A program made the translations under genes and the position numbers. 64,000 nucleotides of DNA, taken from the NCBI GenBank assembly GCA_964016885.1, contig OZ024747.1:25544001-25608000 (forward strand). Direction: 5' to 3'. The notes under the pieces are model-generated. The model saw only the letters and a list, made by a program, of their open reading frames with translations, had not been told where the DNA came from and ran no database searches. Source of the stretch: Eledone cirrhosa. Its lineage: Eukaryota. Below are positions 1 to 13,936 of the stretch, piece after piece (position 1 is the first letter of the stretch; every line of letters begins with the position of its first letter).

Positions 1-2460
1 TTTAATACACACGTACACATATATACATAGTTTAATACACATGTACACATATATACATGGTTTAATACACACGTACACATATATACATAGTTTAATACAC
101 ACGTACACATATATACATGGTTTAATACACATGTACACATATATACATGGTTTAATACACATGTACACATATATACATAGTTTAATACACATGTACACAT
201 ATATACATGGTTTAATACACACGTACACATATATACATGGTTTAATACACACGTACACATATATACATGGTTTAATACACACGTACACATATATACATAG
301 TTTAATACACATGTACACATATATACATAGTTTAATACACATGTACACATATATACATAGTTTAATACACATGTACACATATATACATAGTTTAATACAC
401 ATGTACACATATATACATGGTTTAATACACACGTACACATATATACATGGTTTAATACACACGTACACATATATACATAGTTTAATACACACGTACACAT
501 ATATACATGGTTTAATACACATGTACACATATATACATAGTTTAATACACATGTACACATATATACATGGTTTAATACACACGTACACATATATACATGG
601 TTTAACACACATATACACATATATACATAGTTTAATACACATGTACACATATATACATGGTTTAATACACACGTACACATATATACATAGTTTAATACAC
701 ATGTACACATATATACATGGTTTAATACACACGTACACATATATACATAGTTTAATACACATGTACACATATATACATAGTTTAATACACATGTACACAT
801 ATATACATAGTTTAATACACATGTACACATATATACATAGTTTAATACACATGTACACATATATACATGGTTTAATACACACGTACACATATATACATGG
901 TTTAACACACATGTACACATATATACATGGTTTAATACACATATAAAAGCTTAATACATAGTTTAATACACATGCACACATATATACATGGTTTAACACA
1001 CATGTACACATATATACATAGTATAATACACACGTACACATATATACATAGTATAATACACACGTACACATATATACATGGTTTAATACACACGTACACA
1101 TATATACATAGTATAATACACACGTACACATATATACATAGTATAATACACATGCACACATATATACATGGTTTAACACACATGTACACATATATACATA
1201 GTATAATACACACGTACACATATATACATGGTTTAATACACACGTACACATATATACATAGTTTAATACACACGTACACATATATACATAGTTTAATACA
1301 CACGTTCACATATATACATAGTTTAATACACACGTACACATATATACATAGTATAATACACACGTACACATATATACATGGTTTAATACACACGTACACA
1401 TATATACATGGTTTAATACACACGTACACATATATACATGGTTTAATACACACGTACACATATATACATGGTTTAATACACACGTACACATATATACATA
1501 GTATAATACACATGTACACATATATACATGGTTTAATACACACGTACACATATATACATAGTTTAATACACATGTACACATATATACATAGTTTAATACA
1601 CATGTACACATATATACATGGTTTAATACACACGTACACATATATACATAGTATAATACACACGTACACATATATACATAGTATAATACACACGTACACA
1701 TATATACATGGTTTAACACACATGTACACATATATACATAGTTTAATACACATGTACACATATATACATGGTTTAATACACATATAAAAGCTTAATACAT
1801 AGTTTAATACACATGCACACATATATACATGGTTTAACACACATGTACACATATATACATAGTATAATACACACGTACACATATATACATAGTATAATAC
1901 ACACGTACACATATATACATGGTTTAATACACACGTACACATATATACATAGTATAATACACACGTACACATATATACATAGTATAATACACATGCACAC
2001 ATATATACATGGTTTAACACACATGTACACATATATACATAGTATAATACACACGTACACATATATACATAGTTTAATACACACGTACACATATATACAT
2101 AGTTTAATACACACGTACACATATATACATAGTATAATACACACGTACACATATATACATGGTTTAATACACACGTACACATATATACATGGTTTAATAC
2201 ACACGTACACATATATACATGGTTTAATACACACGTACACATATATACATAGTATAATACACATGTACACATATATACATGGTTTAATACACACGTACAC
2301 ATATATACATAGTTTAATACACATGCACACATATATACATGGTTTAACACACATGTACACATATATACATGGTTTAATACACATGTACACATATATACAT
2401 ATTTTAACATATATGTACACATATATACATGGTCTAAAACACTACACATATCTAAACGGT
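1..2460. repeat. 30-bp minisatellite array (TTTAATACACA[C/T]GTACACATATATACAT[A/G]G), truncated by window start
   Basis: Directly visible 30-bp period; two identical interruptions (ATATAAAAGCTTAATACAT) at ~941 and ~1782; degenerates at ~2400-2460. Confidence 0.97.
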
Positions 2461-2747
2461 TTAACTCACCAAAGCAAATAAATATATAGATTACAGTCAC
2501 TAAGTGAGTTGAATGGAATGAAACTCACTCACAATGAGTGGTTCATTTGTTCAACAAATGGAACTACCAGCTTCTGAAACTAATTTACTAGTGGCTGAAC
2601 ACTCTAAAAACAAGTGTATCCTTCACTTCTCAGGGAGATTCAACATGACACAGGGTGGAGCAAAGCTCCATCCAAACAGTTTCTGTCACCCAATTTCACT
2701 CACAAGGCTTGAATCGACCCAAGGCGAGACTTGACCAAGATACCATG

Positions 2748-3274
2748 CATTTAAACCGGCCATATCCGACCAGAATTCTCTCATCTCTTTCTGTTCAAAC
2801 CGGCTGTAACTGGCCACTCATACTGATGTTAAGGTATTGTTCTCAAAATAAATAATATCAAAATCTCATAGATTCAATATTATGTGAGATAATTATGTGA
2901 GGTAAAGCCTTTACCATGAAAATATAATAGTATATATAGAGTAATGTAAATGTTATGTGAGATAATTATGTGAGGTAAAGCCTTTACTATGAAAATATAA
3001 TAGTATATATAGAGTAATTTAAATGTTATGTGAGTTATGTGAGATAATTATGTGAGGTAAAGCCTTTACCATGAAAATATAATAGTATATATAGAGTAAT
3101 GTAAATGTTATGTGAGATAATTATGTGAGGTAAAGCCTTTACTATGAAAATATAATAGTATATATAGAGTAATGTAAATGTTATGTGAGATATGTGAGAT
3201 AATTATGTGAGGTAAAGCCTTTACTATGAAAATATAATAGTATATATAGAGTAATTTAAATGCTAAAGGATTAA
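2748..3274 (+). mobile_element. piggyBac-like MITE (family 1) with internal tandem expansion of a ~75-85-bp segment (about 5 copies, 2878-3262)
   Basis: Same body as other family-1 copies (CATTTAAACCGGCC...CAGAATTCTC...TTCTCAAAATAAATAATATC); right end AAATGCTAAAGGA+TTAA; repeated block TTATGTGAGATAATTATGTGAGGTAAAGCCTTTAC...GAGTAATGTAAATG; left terminus eroded. Confidence 0.8.
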
Positions 3275-3489
3275 CTGTTTGGATATGTATGATTAAACAG
3301 TTATGGGGTTTCACCAAGAGTTTACAGGTCTGTACATACAATGGAAGGATTAACACACATCTCCATATTCCAGCCAACTTGTGCCAGCCAAAACCTATTA
3401 AATTAACACCAAATTATTTCACTTTTTAACCATACACCCTGCTGCAACTTCAATGAACAGAATATATTTAAGACTAAGAAACAACTAAT

Positions 3490-6270
3490 AATGATGATGA
3501 TGATAATGGTGGTGGTGGTAGGGCAGTGATGATGATGATGATGGTGGTGGTAGGCCAGTGATGATGATGGTGGTGGTGGTGGTAGGGCAGTGATGATGAT
3601 GGTGATGGTGGTGGTAGGGCAGTGATGATGATGATGGTGGTGGTAGGGCAGTGATGATGATGATGGTGGTGGTAGGCCAGTGATGATGATGATGGTGGTG
3701 GTGGTGGTAGGGCAGTGATGATGATGATGGTGGTGGTGGTAGGCCAGTGATGATGATGGTTGTGGGGCAGTGATGATGATGGTGATGGTGGTGGTAGGGC
3801 AGTGATGATGATGATGGTGGTGGTAGGGCAGTGATGATGATGATGGTGGTGGTAGGGCAGTGATGATGATGATGGTGGTAGTAGGGCAGTGGTGATGATG
3901 ATGGTGGTGGTAGGGCAGTGATGATGATGATGATGGTGGTAGGGCAGTGATGATGATGATGATGGTGGTAGGGCAGTGATGATGATGATGATGGTGGTAG
4001 GGCAGTGATGATGATGATGGTGGTAGGGCAGTGATGATGATGGTGGTAGGGGAGTGATGATGATGGTGATGGTGGTAGGGCAGTGATGATGATGATGGTG
4101 GTAGTAGGGCAGTGATATGATGGTGGTGGTGGTAGGGCAGTGATGATGATGATGGTGGTAGGGCAGTGATGATGATGATGGTGGTGGTAGGGCAGTGATG
4201 ATGATGATGGTGGTGGTAGGGCAGTGATGATGATGATGGTGGTGGTAGGGCAGTGATGATGAGGGTGGTGGTAGGGCAGTGATGATGATGATGATGGTGG
4301 TGGTGGGGCAGTGATGATGATGATGATGGTGGTGGTAGGGCAGTGATGATGATGATGATGATGGTGGTGGTAGGGCAGTGATGATGATGGTGGTGGTGGT
4401 AGGGCAGTGATGATGATGGTGGTGGTGGTGGTAGGGCAGTGATGATGATGGTGGTGGTGGTAGGGCAGTGATGATGATGATGGTGGTGGTAGGGCAGTGA
4501 TGATGAGGGTGGTGGTAGGGCAGTGATGATGATGATGGTGGTAGGGCAGTGATGATGATGATGGTGGTGGTAGGGCAGGGATGATGATGATGATGGTGGT
4601 AGGGCAGTGATGATGATGATGGTGGTGGTAGGGCAGTGATGATGATGGTAGTAGGGCAGTGATGATGATGATGATGGTGGTGGTAGGGCAGTGATGATGA
4701 TGATGGTGGTGGGGCAGTGATATGATGGTGGTGGTGGGGCAGTGATGATGATGATGGTGGTGGTAGGGCAGTGATGATGATGATGATGGTGGTGGTAGGG
4801 CAGTGATGATGATGATGGTGGTGGTAGGGCAGTGATATGATGGTGGTGGTGGGGCAGTGATATGATGGTGGTGGTGGGGCAGTGATGATGATGATGGTGG
4901 TGGTAGGGCAGTGATGATGATGATGATGGTGGTGGTAGGGCAGTGATGATGATGATGATGATGGTGGTGGTAGGGCAGTGATGATGATGATGATGGTGGT
5001 GGTAGGGCAGTGATGATGATGATGATGGTGGTGGTGGGGCAGTGATGATGATGATGATGGTGGTGGTAGGGCAGTGATGATGATGATGATGATGGTGGTG
5101 GTAGGGCAGTGATGATGATGATGATGATGGTGGTGGTAGGGCAGTGATGATGATGATGATGGTGGTAGGGCAGTGATGATGATGGTGGTGGGGCAGTGAT
5201 GATGATGATGGTGGTGGTAGGGCAGTGATGATGATGGTAGTAGGGCAGTGATGATGATGATGGTGGTGGTAGGGCAGTGATGATGATGATGATGGTGGTG
5301 GTAGGGCAGTGATGATGATGATGGTGGTGATAGGGCAGTGATGATGATGATGGTGGTGGTAGGGCAGTGATGATGATGATGATGGTGGTGGTAGGGCAGT
5401 GATGATGATGATGGTGGTGGTAGGGCAGTGATATGATGGTGGTGGTGGGGCAGTGATGATGATGATGATGGTGGTAGGGCAGTGATGATGATGATGGTGG
5501 TGGTAGGGCAGTGATATGATGGTGGTGGTGGGGCAGTGATATGATGGTGGTGGTGGGGCAGTGTTGATGATGATGGTGGTGGTAGGGCAGTGATGATGAT
5601 GATGGTGGTGGTAGGGCAGTGATGATGATGATGGTGGTGGTAGGGCAGTGATATGATGGTGGTGGTGGGGCAGTGATATGATGGTGGTGGTGGGGCAGTG
5701 ATGATGATGATGGTGGTAGTAGGGCAGTGATGATGATGGTGGTGGTAGGGCAGTGATGATGATGATGGTGGTGGTAGGGCAGTGATATGATGGTGGTGGT
5801 GGGGCAGTGATGATGATGATGGTGGTAGGGCAGTGATGATGATGATGGTGGTGGTAGGGCAGTGATGATGATGGTGGTGGTAGGGCAGTGATGATGATGA
5901 TGGTGGTGGTAGGGCAGTGATGATGATGATGATGGTGGTGGTAGGGCAGTGATGATGATGATGGTGGTGGTAGGGCAGTGATGATGATGGTGGTGGTGGG
6001 GCAGTGATGATGATGATGGTGGTGGTAGGGCAGTGATGATGATGATGATGGTGGTGGTAGGGCAGTGATGATGATGATGATGGTGGTGGGGCAGTGATGA
6101 TGATGATGGTGGTGGTAGGGCAGTGATGATGATGATGATGGTGGTGGTAGGGCAGTGATGATGATGATGATGGTGGTGGTAGGGCAGTGATGATGATGAT
6201 GGTGGTGGTAGGGCAGTGATGATGATGATGATGGTGGTGGTAGGGCAGTGATGATGATGATGATGATATT
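3490..6270. repeat. Compound micro/minisatellite GGTAGGGCAG-(TGA)n-(TGG)m
   Basis: Fixed core TAGGGCAG (variant TGGGGCAG) repeated for ~2.8 kb with variable numbers of TGA and TGG triplets. Confidence 0.97.
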
Positions 6271-7296
6271 GGTAAATGGCAGTGATAAATTGTTACTTCT
6301 CAGTGATACCAGATATTAGCTTTAAACCACACCCACCCTTCTCACCTTCCCCTCCTCCCAATATCTCAAACATCAACTAAAAAAGCTTTTTACAAGCAAT
6401 CACCACCACCACCACCACCACCACTACCAGCCACAACAACATCAACAACATTATGTTTATATTTAGGTGATTTAGATCTTATTTCAATTCTGCAGTCACT
6501 CTCTCTCTCTCTCTCTTACTTTCTCTCTCTCCCATCCCCCCTCTCTCTCTTTCACTATTCACACACATTCTAGCTCTATCTTACTCCCTCATTCACACAT
6601 ACTGTCTATCTCTCACTCTCTTTCTCTTCCCCTCTTATTCACATACTTTCTATCTTTCTCTCTAGTTACACATACTTTGTTTCTCACTTGATGCCCCTCT
6701 ACAGCACCACCACTACTGCCACTTCCACCACCACCACTGTTGCTGATGCCACCACCATCACCACCATCACCACCACCACCTCATATCTGATATGGAAGTG
6801 GACATTTCTTTTTGATTTGTCTGTCTTTTTTTTTTTTACTTTATTTATCCCAGAATATCATTGTTTATTGTCTGCATTAAAAGCACCTGTCGAATAAGAT
6901 AAACGGTGTGTGTGAGTGTCTATGTATGAGTGTGTATATGCGTGTGTGTGTGTGTGAGTGTTAATATACATGTATGTGTGTGTGTGTGTGTGTGCGTCAG
7001 AAGGGGAAGGAGGTTTAGTGAAGGGTGTGAGTGATAATGGCAGAAGGATTAATATGTGTGTAGGGGTAGGAATACTACCATTTTTAGATGTTCCAATTCC
7101 TAAATCCTAGCTCATTTGGAAGAGCCTATGGATTGGTAGAGCTGTTCACATTCTTCCAATAACTGCAGCCCTCTACTCTCTCTCTTCTGTATTTTTCCTA
7201 CAGATGTTATATGGCTGAACATCAAAAGAGTCTGAAAACAGGCTTACAAAGTTTATATAGCCCCACTTCCACAAATTAAATGACACTCCTTGCTCT

Positions 7297-7543
7297 TTAA
7301 CCTTTTTAGTACTAAATCACCTGGAACCAAGCCTGGCTCTACTATACAAAGCTATTTGTTTTGAAGTTTATATTCATCTAAAAATCTTCCATCATAATTT
7401 TAAGTAAGAACCTTTTTTGTTGCAAACATTAACTTATAATAATGAGAAAGTTAGTTATATGACTTAAACCCTCCCAATTCTTTGAAAATTATTTGAAAAT
7501 CACAGGTTGTCTTGTATTAGAAATATGATAAAAAAAGATTAAA
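7297..7543. mobile_element. piggyBac-like MITE (family 2), representative copy
   Basis: TTAACCTTTT... to ...AAAAAGATTAA ends; body (CTTCCATCATAATTTTAAGTAAGAACC; TATTAGAAATATG) recurs at ~11098-11332, 17769-17974, 20712-20969, 23223-23625, 28321-28710, 33117-33310, 37677-37995. Confidence 0.7.
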
Positions 7544-8220
7544 CATAAAAAAAAAGAAAGAAAACAAAACAAACACCCTCTCTTTTTAATGTTTTACTAA
7601 ATACATTAGATGATGAAAGGCTTCATAGGCAAAGCAAAACTATTTTCCGAAGACAGAAATAACCTGAGAGGATGATGGAAAGAGAAACAATCCTTGGGAA
7701 TGATGAAAAATATAGACACATACAAAATATATATACAACATGCAGAAAATAGCACTAGTAGGTACTGTGCACCTCTATTATGTAACTTTCAATACAATAG
7801 AAACAACACCACAAACATAATACTGCAAATATCCAAGCAGCACAGAGCTGTACTTGTACAGTGACAATATACAATAATAGTAATAATGACAACGCTGATG
7901 ATGATGTAGTTCTGTCATTGACTAAGTAAAAGGCAAATTTTGTTGAATGCGAAATTTATGAAAAACACTATACAGTGAAAGTGTCTTGATATGAAATAAT
8001 TTGTGTGTTAAAAAATGTCAGCTATTGTAGCTAATAATTCTGTAAAGAATCAGGAATAGTTGTTGATCATGTGCTCTCTCTCTCTCTCCATTAATCTAGG
8101 AATTTCAAACCTGCTTCACAGCCAAACTAAATATGCCTACACATATATCCATACTGAATATATTAATTCCTATATCATGTGATGCTTTCTATAAATTTTA
8201 TCAATCCTTTATTGTTGGGA

Positions 8221-8480
8221 AGGCACACAGTTTAGTGGTTAGTGTGTTAAGCTCACAATTGCAACACAGTGGGTTTGATTCCTCGACCAGGTGGGACATT
8301 ATGGTCTAAATCAAAAAAAAAAATTTCATGGTGCTCTAATCTACTCAGCTGAAAATGAGTACTAACAGCAGCTGGAGATTAACTCTGTGACAAACTGGCA
8401 TCCCGCCCAAGGGAGGGTCTTATAATGTAAGTTACACGAAGCTAATGAAACCAAGATAAGTTTGAGGCTGATGAGTCTGA
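8221..8480 (+). mobile_element. tRNA-derived SINE (family C)
   Basis: A-box-like TTTAGTGGTTAG and B-box-like GGTTTGATTCC, then CTACTCAGCTGAAAATGAGTA; related copies at ~14280-14483(-), 16912-17172(-), 24320-24425(-), 25277-25372(-), 30785-30960, 31315-31710, 51988-52220, 53040-53132(-). Confidence 0.75.
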
Positions 8481-9120
8481 GCTTGGAATAGATTTTAACC
8501 TTTTTAACTACTAAGCTAACACCAACCTCTGCACAGGAAAACAATGCACTCAGAATTTTCTTTACACAAAAAGAGAAAGTTAAAATCATGGCACTGATAC
8601 AAAAAATCCATCCACCAGTACAAGCACTACAATACTAAAAGTAAATGTAATGTGCTCTCTTTAGCCAGCAGTGGATCAGACAACTTTTGTTGGAATGGAC
8701 TAGGTTCCTCCTATCAGGAAAGGACAGGACAACAGAGTAATGAAGAACCTCTATACATGTCAAGTACGGGAGAACCTCTCTTGGCAGTGCCACTGTAAAG
8801 TAGTTGGCAATAGAAGAGAGAAAATATAGGATAGAGAAAACTGTTCAGTGTAGCCTAACATATGACAACCTCTCTAAAATGCACCTAATATACACTAATA
8901 CCATAATAAAAAGCACCCAATACACTTTAAGTGGTAATGCTGGTGTCATGATAATGTGTGTGTATATATATATATGTGGATGTGTTTCCGTCAGTGTTTA
9001 TGTCTCATAGCATAGTGATTTGACAAAAAGAGATCAATAAAATATGTATTGGGGTTGATATGATTGACTAAGATCCCTTTACCACTGTCAATACCGATGA
9101 AAAAAGAGGTTTGTTTTTAA

Positions 9121-9344
9121 TTAACACTCTACCATTTACATTATATATACTATTGTATTTTCATGTTAAACACTTTATTTCACACAATTATCTCACATAA
9201 TATTGAATCTACAAGATTTTGATATTATTTATGTTGAGAACAATATTGTTACATAAGTATGAACAGCTTCGTACGGCCAGTTTGAACAGAAAGAGGAGAG
9301 AGAATTCTGGCCGGTTACAGCTGGTTTAAATGCTAAAGGATTAA
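9121..9344 (-). mobile_element. piggyBac-like MITE (family 1)
   Basis: TTAA-flanked; terminal inverted repeat resembles CCCTTTAGCATTTA; reverse complement of the family-1 body. Confidence 0.8.
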
Positions 9345-10784
9345 AAATGGTTTATTTTCATGAAATTAAATGAGTAATATGTATTTTTATGTGTATTTTT
9401 TAAAAATATGCACATGGGATACTTTTAATCGAACAATATCATAGATTAAGACAACTTTATCCTAGTAGTGTCCACATTGCTCAATATGATTAGCAATAAA
9501 AATGGAAAAAATAACATCGCTAAATTATGATAAAAATTGGAAAGAGAATTCAGTAGAATGCAAACTTTTCTGACATCTATATGTCCCTACAGTATCAAAA
9601 GAGTTAAGGTATTTCCCCAGTATGGTCGCAGTCTAATAATTGAAAATAATAAAAGAATGAAAGCATACAGCTATCAACATAAAATATGCATATTTTTTCC
9701 AGAGATAAAATGGAGAAACTGCAATTTTCATGCCTTTCTCATATATATAGTTCTAACTGAAAATTATGCACTGAGTTAACTGAGAGCCGACCACTGTCTT
9801 TCTGATGATCTATGTCATTTAGACCATAATAATAATAATAATAACAACAACAACAACAATAATAATAATGATGTAACGAAAATGGATTCCCATATGGAAG
9901 TAGTGATATGAAACTCGAAGGAAACAATGCAAAGAAGATATTAATTTGTGAGTAATTAGCGAAATCATTGCAAACATTCAGTGATATGGCTGTGTGTGGT
10001 GTGATATATTGGTTTATAATGGATAGAAGGCAGTTTCTAGTCGCTTCATTGTTCTCAGTAAACGTGGCAAATTATCAAAACATTGATGAAGGGGAGGAGA
10101 TGAGTGAAGGAGTGAGATTACATCTAGCTACATTTTTGTGTAGGAGTAAAAAGTCATTGATGCTTTTGTTTGTATTTGCTGTACATCTATCTTTATGTTC
10201 CAAACAGAAATTAGATTGATGTTATCATCATCATCATTTTATGTCTTTTATCCATGTTGGCATTCTCCACTTAGACACAAATTTGGAAATCTGTTGCCAT
10301 CTACCCTGATAGCACAAATTAGAAGAAACAGCAAATAAATCACCACCAAAGCAGAGTCTACTATCTTAACCTTTTTGATACTAACCTGCTTGTAACCATC
10401 CTTAATCATTTTTTAAAAGTGTTTATGATAATCATCATTCTATGTCAGCTTTTCATGTTGACATGGGTTGGATGGGTCTCCATGATTAGTCTGGTCAGAG
10501 AATCACATTTCATATTTGGTATGGCTTCTACAACTGGCTGATCTTCCTAATTTACAGGGCGTACCAAATGCATTTTATCATTCACCAGCACTACAACTTT
10601 ACAGAGCATACCAGGTGCATTTTATTGTGGTATCAGCACTATCCCATTACAGGGTGTATTAGAGAACTCGTCATGTTAGAGAACCCTTCAGTGAGACTGA
10701 AGGGTTCTTTCTACCCTATAGTGTCTCTATTTGCCAATCACTTTACAGAGTGTACTGCATGTGAAAATACTCAGGTAAACACAG

Positions 10785-11395
10785 ACATAACTGTGTGGTT
10801 AAGGAATTAAGTTCACTTTGTAGCCACATGGTTTTAAGTTCAGTCCCACTGTGTCACACATTAGGCAAGTGAGTTCTACAACAGCCTTGGCTTCACAAAT
10901 GCCTTCTGAGTGAAATTTAGTAAATGGAAAGTGTGTGGAAACCCATTAAACATATTTGCATCCATATCTGTTACATGTCCTGTAATACTACATGTCCTGT
11001 AACTTAGTGGTTCAACAAATAGAAATTACTAAAATAAGAATTAGACTTGAAAAAAAAAAAAAAGAAATCCCGGGGTCAATATAATTAACAAAATCCCTTA
11101 ACACTTTCATTACCATAATTCAAATGAAAGTCACTGCTTATAATTTTCAAACTTTTTATAAATAATCACTAATTTGGAGAGATTTAGTTATATAACTAAC
11201 TTTCTCAATAATAAGCTGATGTTTGGAACTTACAGTTCATACATAAAATAGTGATGGAAGGTTTTTTGATAAATATGAACACATAAACACTTTTAAAATA
11301 AACCGTTTTGTAGTTTGGTATCAACAGTTTTAAAAGTGGTGCTCCAGTGTGGCCACAGTCTAATGACTAAAACAAGTAAAAGAATAAAAGAAAAA
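10785..11395 (+). mobile_element. tRNA-derived SINE with CORE-like central region (family B), interrupted by a family-2 MITE (~11098-11332)
   Basis: CTGTGTGGTTAAG...GTTCAGTCCCACTG...GGCAAGTG...GTGAAATTTAGTAAATGGAAA; 3' end GTGCTCCAGTGTGGCCACAGTCTAATGACTAAAACAAGTAAAAGA. Related copies at ~30380-30675, 31843-31990, 39617-39953. The CORE assignment is from memory. Confidence 0.7.
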
Positions 11396-12095
11396 GGGCA
11401 GTAAAATGATTGTCTCTACTGAAATTTCAAATCATACACAGTACATAATAATGTGTAAGTGGGTGATTTAAGGAGAGGAATATCTTTCTGGTTATGCATG
11501 CTTGGCTGCATGATACATATGTCACATGTCATATATAGTTGATGTGTGACAATCCCCTTAATCTAATAACTATGTATAGAATGTATAATAACAATGTCTT
11601 GACATCATTGTAAATACTCAGCAAACTTCATATCTTCAATTAATTTCCAAGACAAGTGTGCCAGTTGTTCAATCAATGGAACAGCCTACTCATGAAATTA
11701 ATGTGTAAGTAGCAGAGCATTCCACAGACACATGTACCCTTAATGTAATTCAAAGGAAAATTCAACATGAGTCAGCAAATAAGTAACAATGTTGGCCCTT
11801 TGAATTACAGGTAGAGTCCATCAGACAGGCTTCCAAACAGTTTCTGTCTACCTAATTTCACTAACAAGGCATGAGTTGACTTGAGGTAAATGATATTTGT
11901 GCAAGATGCCCCAGACTGGAACTGAACCCATGACTTAATGATTGTGAAGCAAACCTCTTAATCCTTTGGCCATGAGGATATAATGTGATACCAACTTAGT
12001 TATAATGTTGCTCAAATTTAATAATTTGATTAGAAACTTTTTTATTTCTTTTCTATTTCATAATTTTATTTATCTATATATTTTATTGTCATCAT

Positions 12096-12344
12096 TTAAC
12101 CCTTTAGCATTTAAACTGGTCATATCCAGCCAGAATTTTTGTTGAAACTGGTCATATCCAGCCAGAATTTTTGTTGAAACTGGTCATAACCAACTTCTCA
12201 TATGCATGTTATAGTTTTGTTCTCAAAATAAATAACATCAAAATCTCGTAGATTTGATATTGTGTGAGATAACTATGTGAGGTAAAGCCTTTACCACAAA
12301 AATACAATAGTATATATAGAGTAATATAAATGGTAAATGGTTAA
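12096..12344 (+). mobile_element. piggyBac-like MITE (family 1)
   Basis: TTAA|CCCTTTAGCATTTAAAC ... AAATGGTAAATGG|TTAA; contains a short internal tandem duplication (~12114-12190). Confidence 0.85.
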
Positions 12345-13715
12345 ACAATTGACTAATTTTAGTGTAACAGTGATTTTGATAGCAAACCACAGGAAACAGC
12401 CTCCTGTTCAAAGATAAAAAAAACAGGGTTGTGGGTGAAATTTTGTAGTTGGAAACTTGTGGAAAACCATCATTGTATGAGTCATCTATTTTATGTAGTC
12501 CTTTTAGTTAAATCATTGAAACCACAGGTAGTCTTAAAGCTGATGAGTGTCTTTAAATGTTTGTGTGACTTTTTCTTATCTATTTTTCTTCCTTTTCTCT
12601 TTTCTTCCTATCATTTCTGTAGGCCTACACTCTTCTAGCCACTGATTTCTATCCTTTGAGATAAATTTTACCCGATGTCATCATTGACGGCATTTTGCTA
12701 TTTTAACAGCTTCATTATAATGAGTTCTTCCAATTATTCTACGAATTCTAATACACTTGCACTGTATATATTTATTTATGTTTAGTTTGTTAATGTTTCG
12801 TAACTTAGCAGTTCAACCAAAAAAAAAAAAAAATTGATGTACAAGTACCGGATTTGAAAAAATAAATACTGGAGTTGATATGATCAACTCAATCGGTGCC
12901 ACAGCATGACCGCAATCTAATGACTGAAACCAGCAAAAGTGTAAAAGAAAAATGGACAGAAAAATTATTGTTTCTGTTAGCAAAGACCCCTAAATTGAGG
13001 AAAAGAGACAATAACCTTTCAATGATTTGAGCCTAAAGACCAAATTAAAGCACTGAAATTCTTAAAATAACAAAACTTATAAAAAGAAAAAGAAAAAAAC
13101 AACAAATTTTTTGGTATTTCAAGATTAGGAAGAAGCAAATAAACAAAAAAAAAAATTAGATTAAAAAAAATATAAAACCAAACTGGGATTATATGGAGAA
13201 GAAAAAAAATGCAGATTAAAGGAGAAAATAAAGGAACAAGGGGAAAAAGGATGACTAAGGAGTTGTAAGTTAGTCAGTGAAGCAGGGCCAATAATTTCAA
13301 TTACTGCTCGTGAAATTAAGTTGAAAATGCCTCTCTGCCCACCACATTTTCATCTAACCTCATTATGCAACAATGTGGAAGAAGGAATACAGGAAACCAC
13401 AGAGTGATTTCAGATATTTGCAGAAATAACTGACAAAGTGAGACATGAACAGAAAGGATGTTGATGTTGGGGATGGGGATGTGGAGAGTAGAGCCAAGTA
13501 GTAAACTAATTTATTTTCAAAAGTATTTCTGTTGCTTATGTTTTAAGATCTGACAATGAAATTTTTATATCCTCAGGGAATATTTGGAAAATAACTATTG
13601 CTGTTTTGTGTTGTTGGATTTGTTAGATCCGATAACCGGTGTTCCCGTTGATTTGATGAGAAGAACAGACTGCTTAACATGCAAGTGGCTGAGCATTCCC
13701 CTGACATGTGTATCC

Positions 13716-13936
13716 TTAAACATTTAGCATTTAAACCAGCCATATCCAGCCAGAATTCTATCACCTCTTTCTGTTCAAACCAGCTGCTCATACTGATGTT
13801 AAGATATTGTTCTCAAAATAAATAATATCAAAATCTCATAGATTCGATATTATGTGAGATAATTATGTGAATTAAAGCCTTTACTGTGAAAATACAATAG
13901 TATATATATAGAGTAATGTAAATACTAAAGGGTTAA
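13716..13936 (+). mobile_element. piggyBac-like MITE (family 1) inserted at the TTAA of an older SINE
   Basis: TTAA on both sides; the uninterrupted site (GTACCCTTAATGTA) is seen in a paralogous copy at ~11734. Confidence 0.85.

Noticed and set aside
41-2500. Long His/Tyr/Ile and Cys/Val/Tyr repeat ORFs on both strands
   Set aside because: They follow from a stop-free 30-bp tandem unit; open on both strands, broken at array interruptions, with no unique N- or C-terminal domain.
8221-8290. tRNA gene calls for A/B-box sequences here and at similar sites
   Set aside because: They are SINE heads continuing into shared SINE bodies; no complete cloverleaf.
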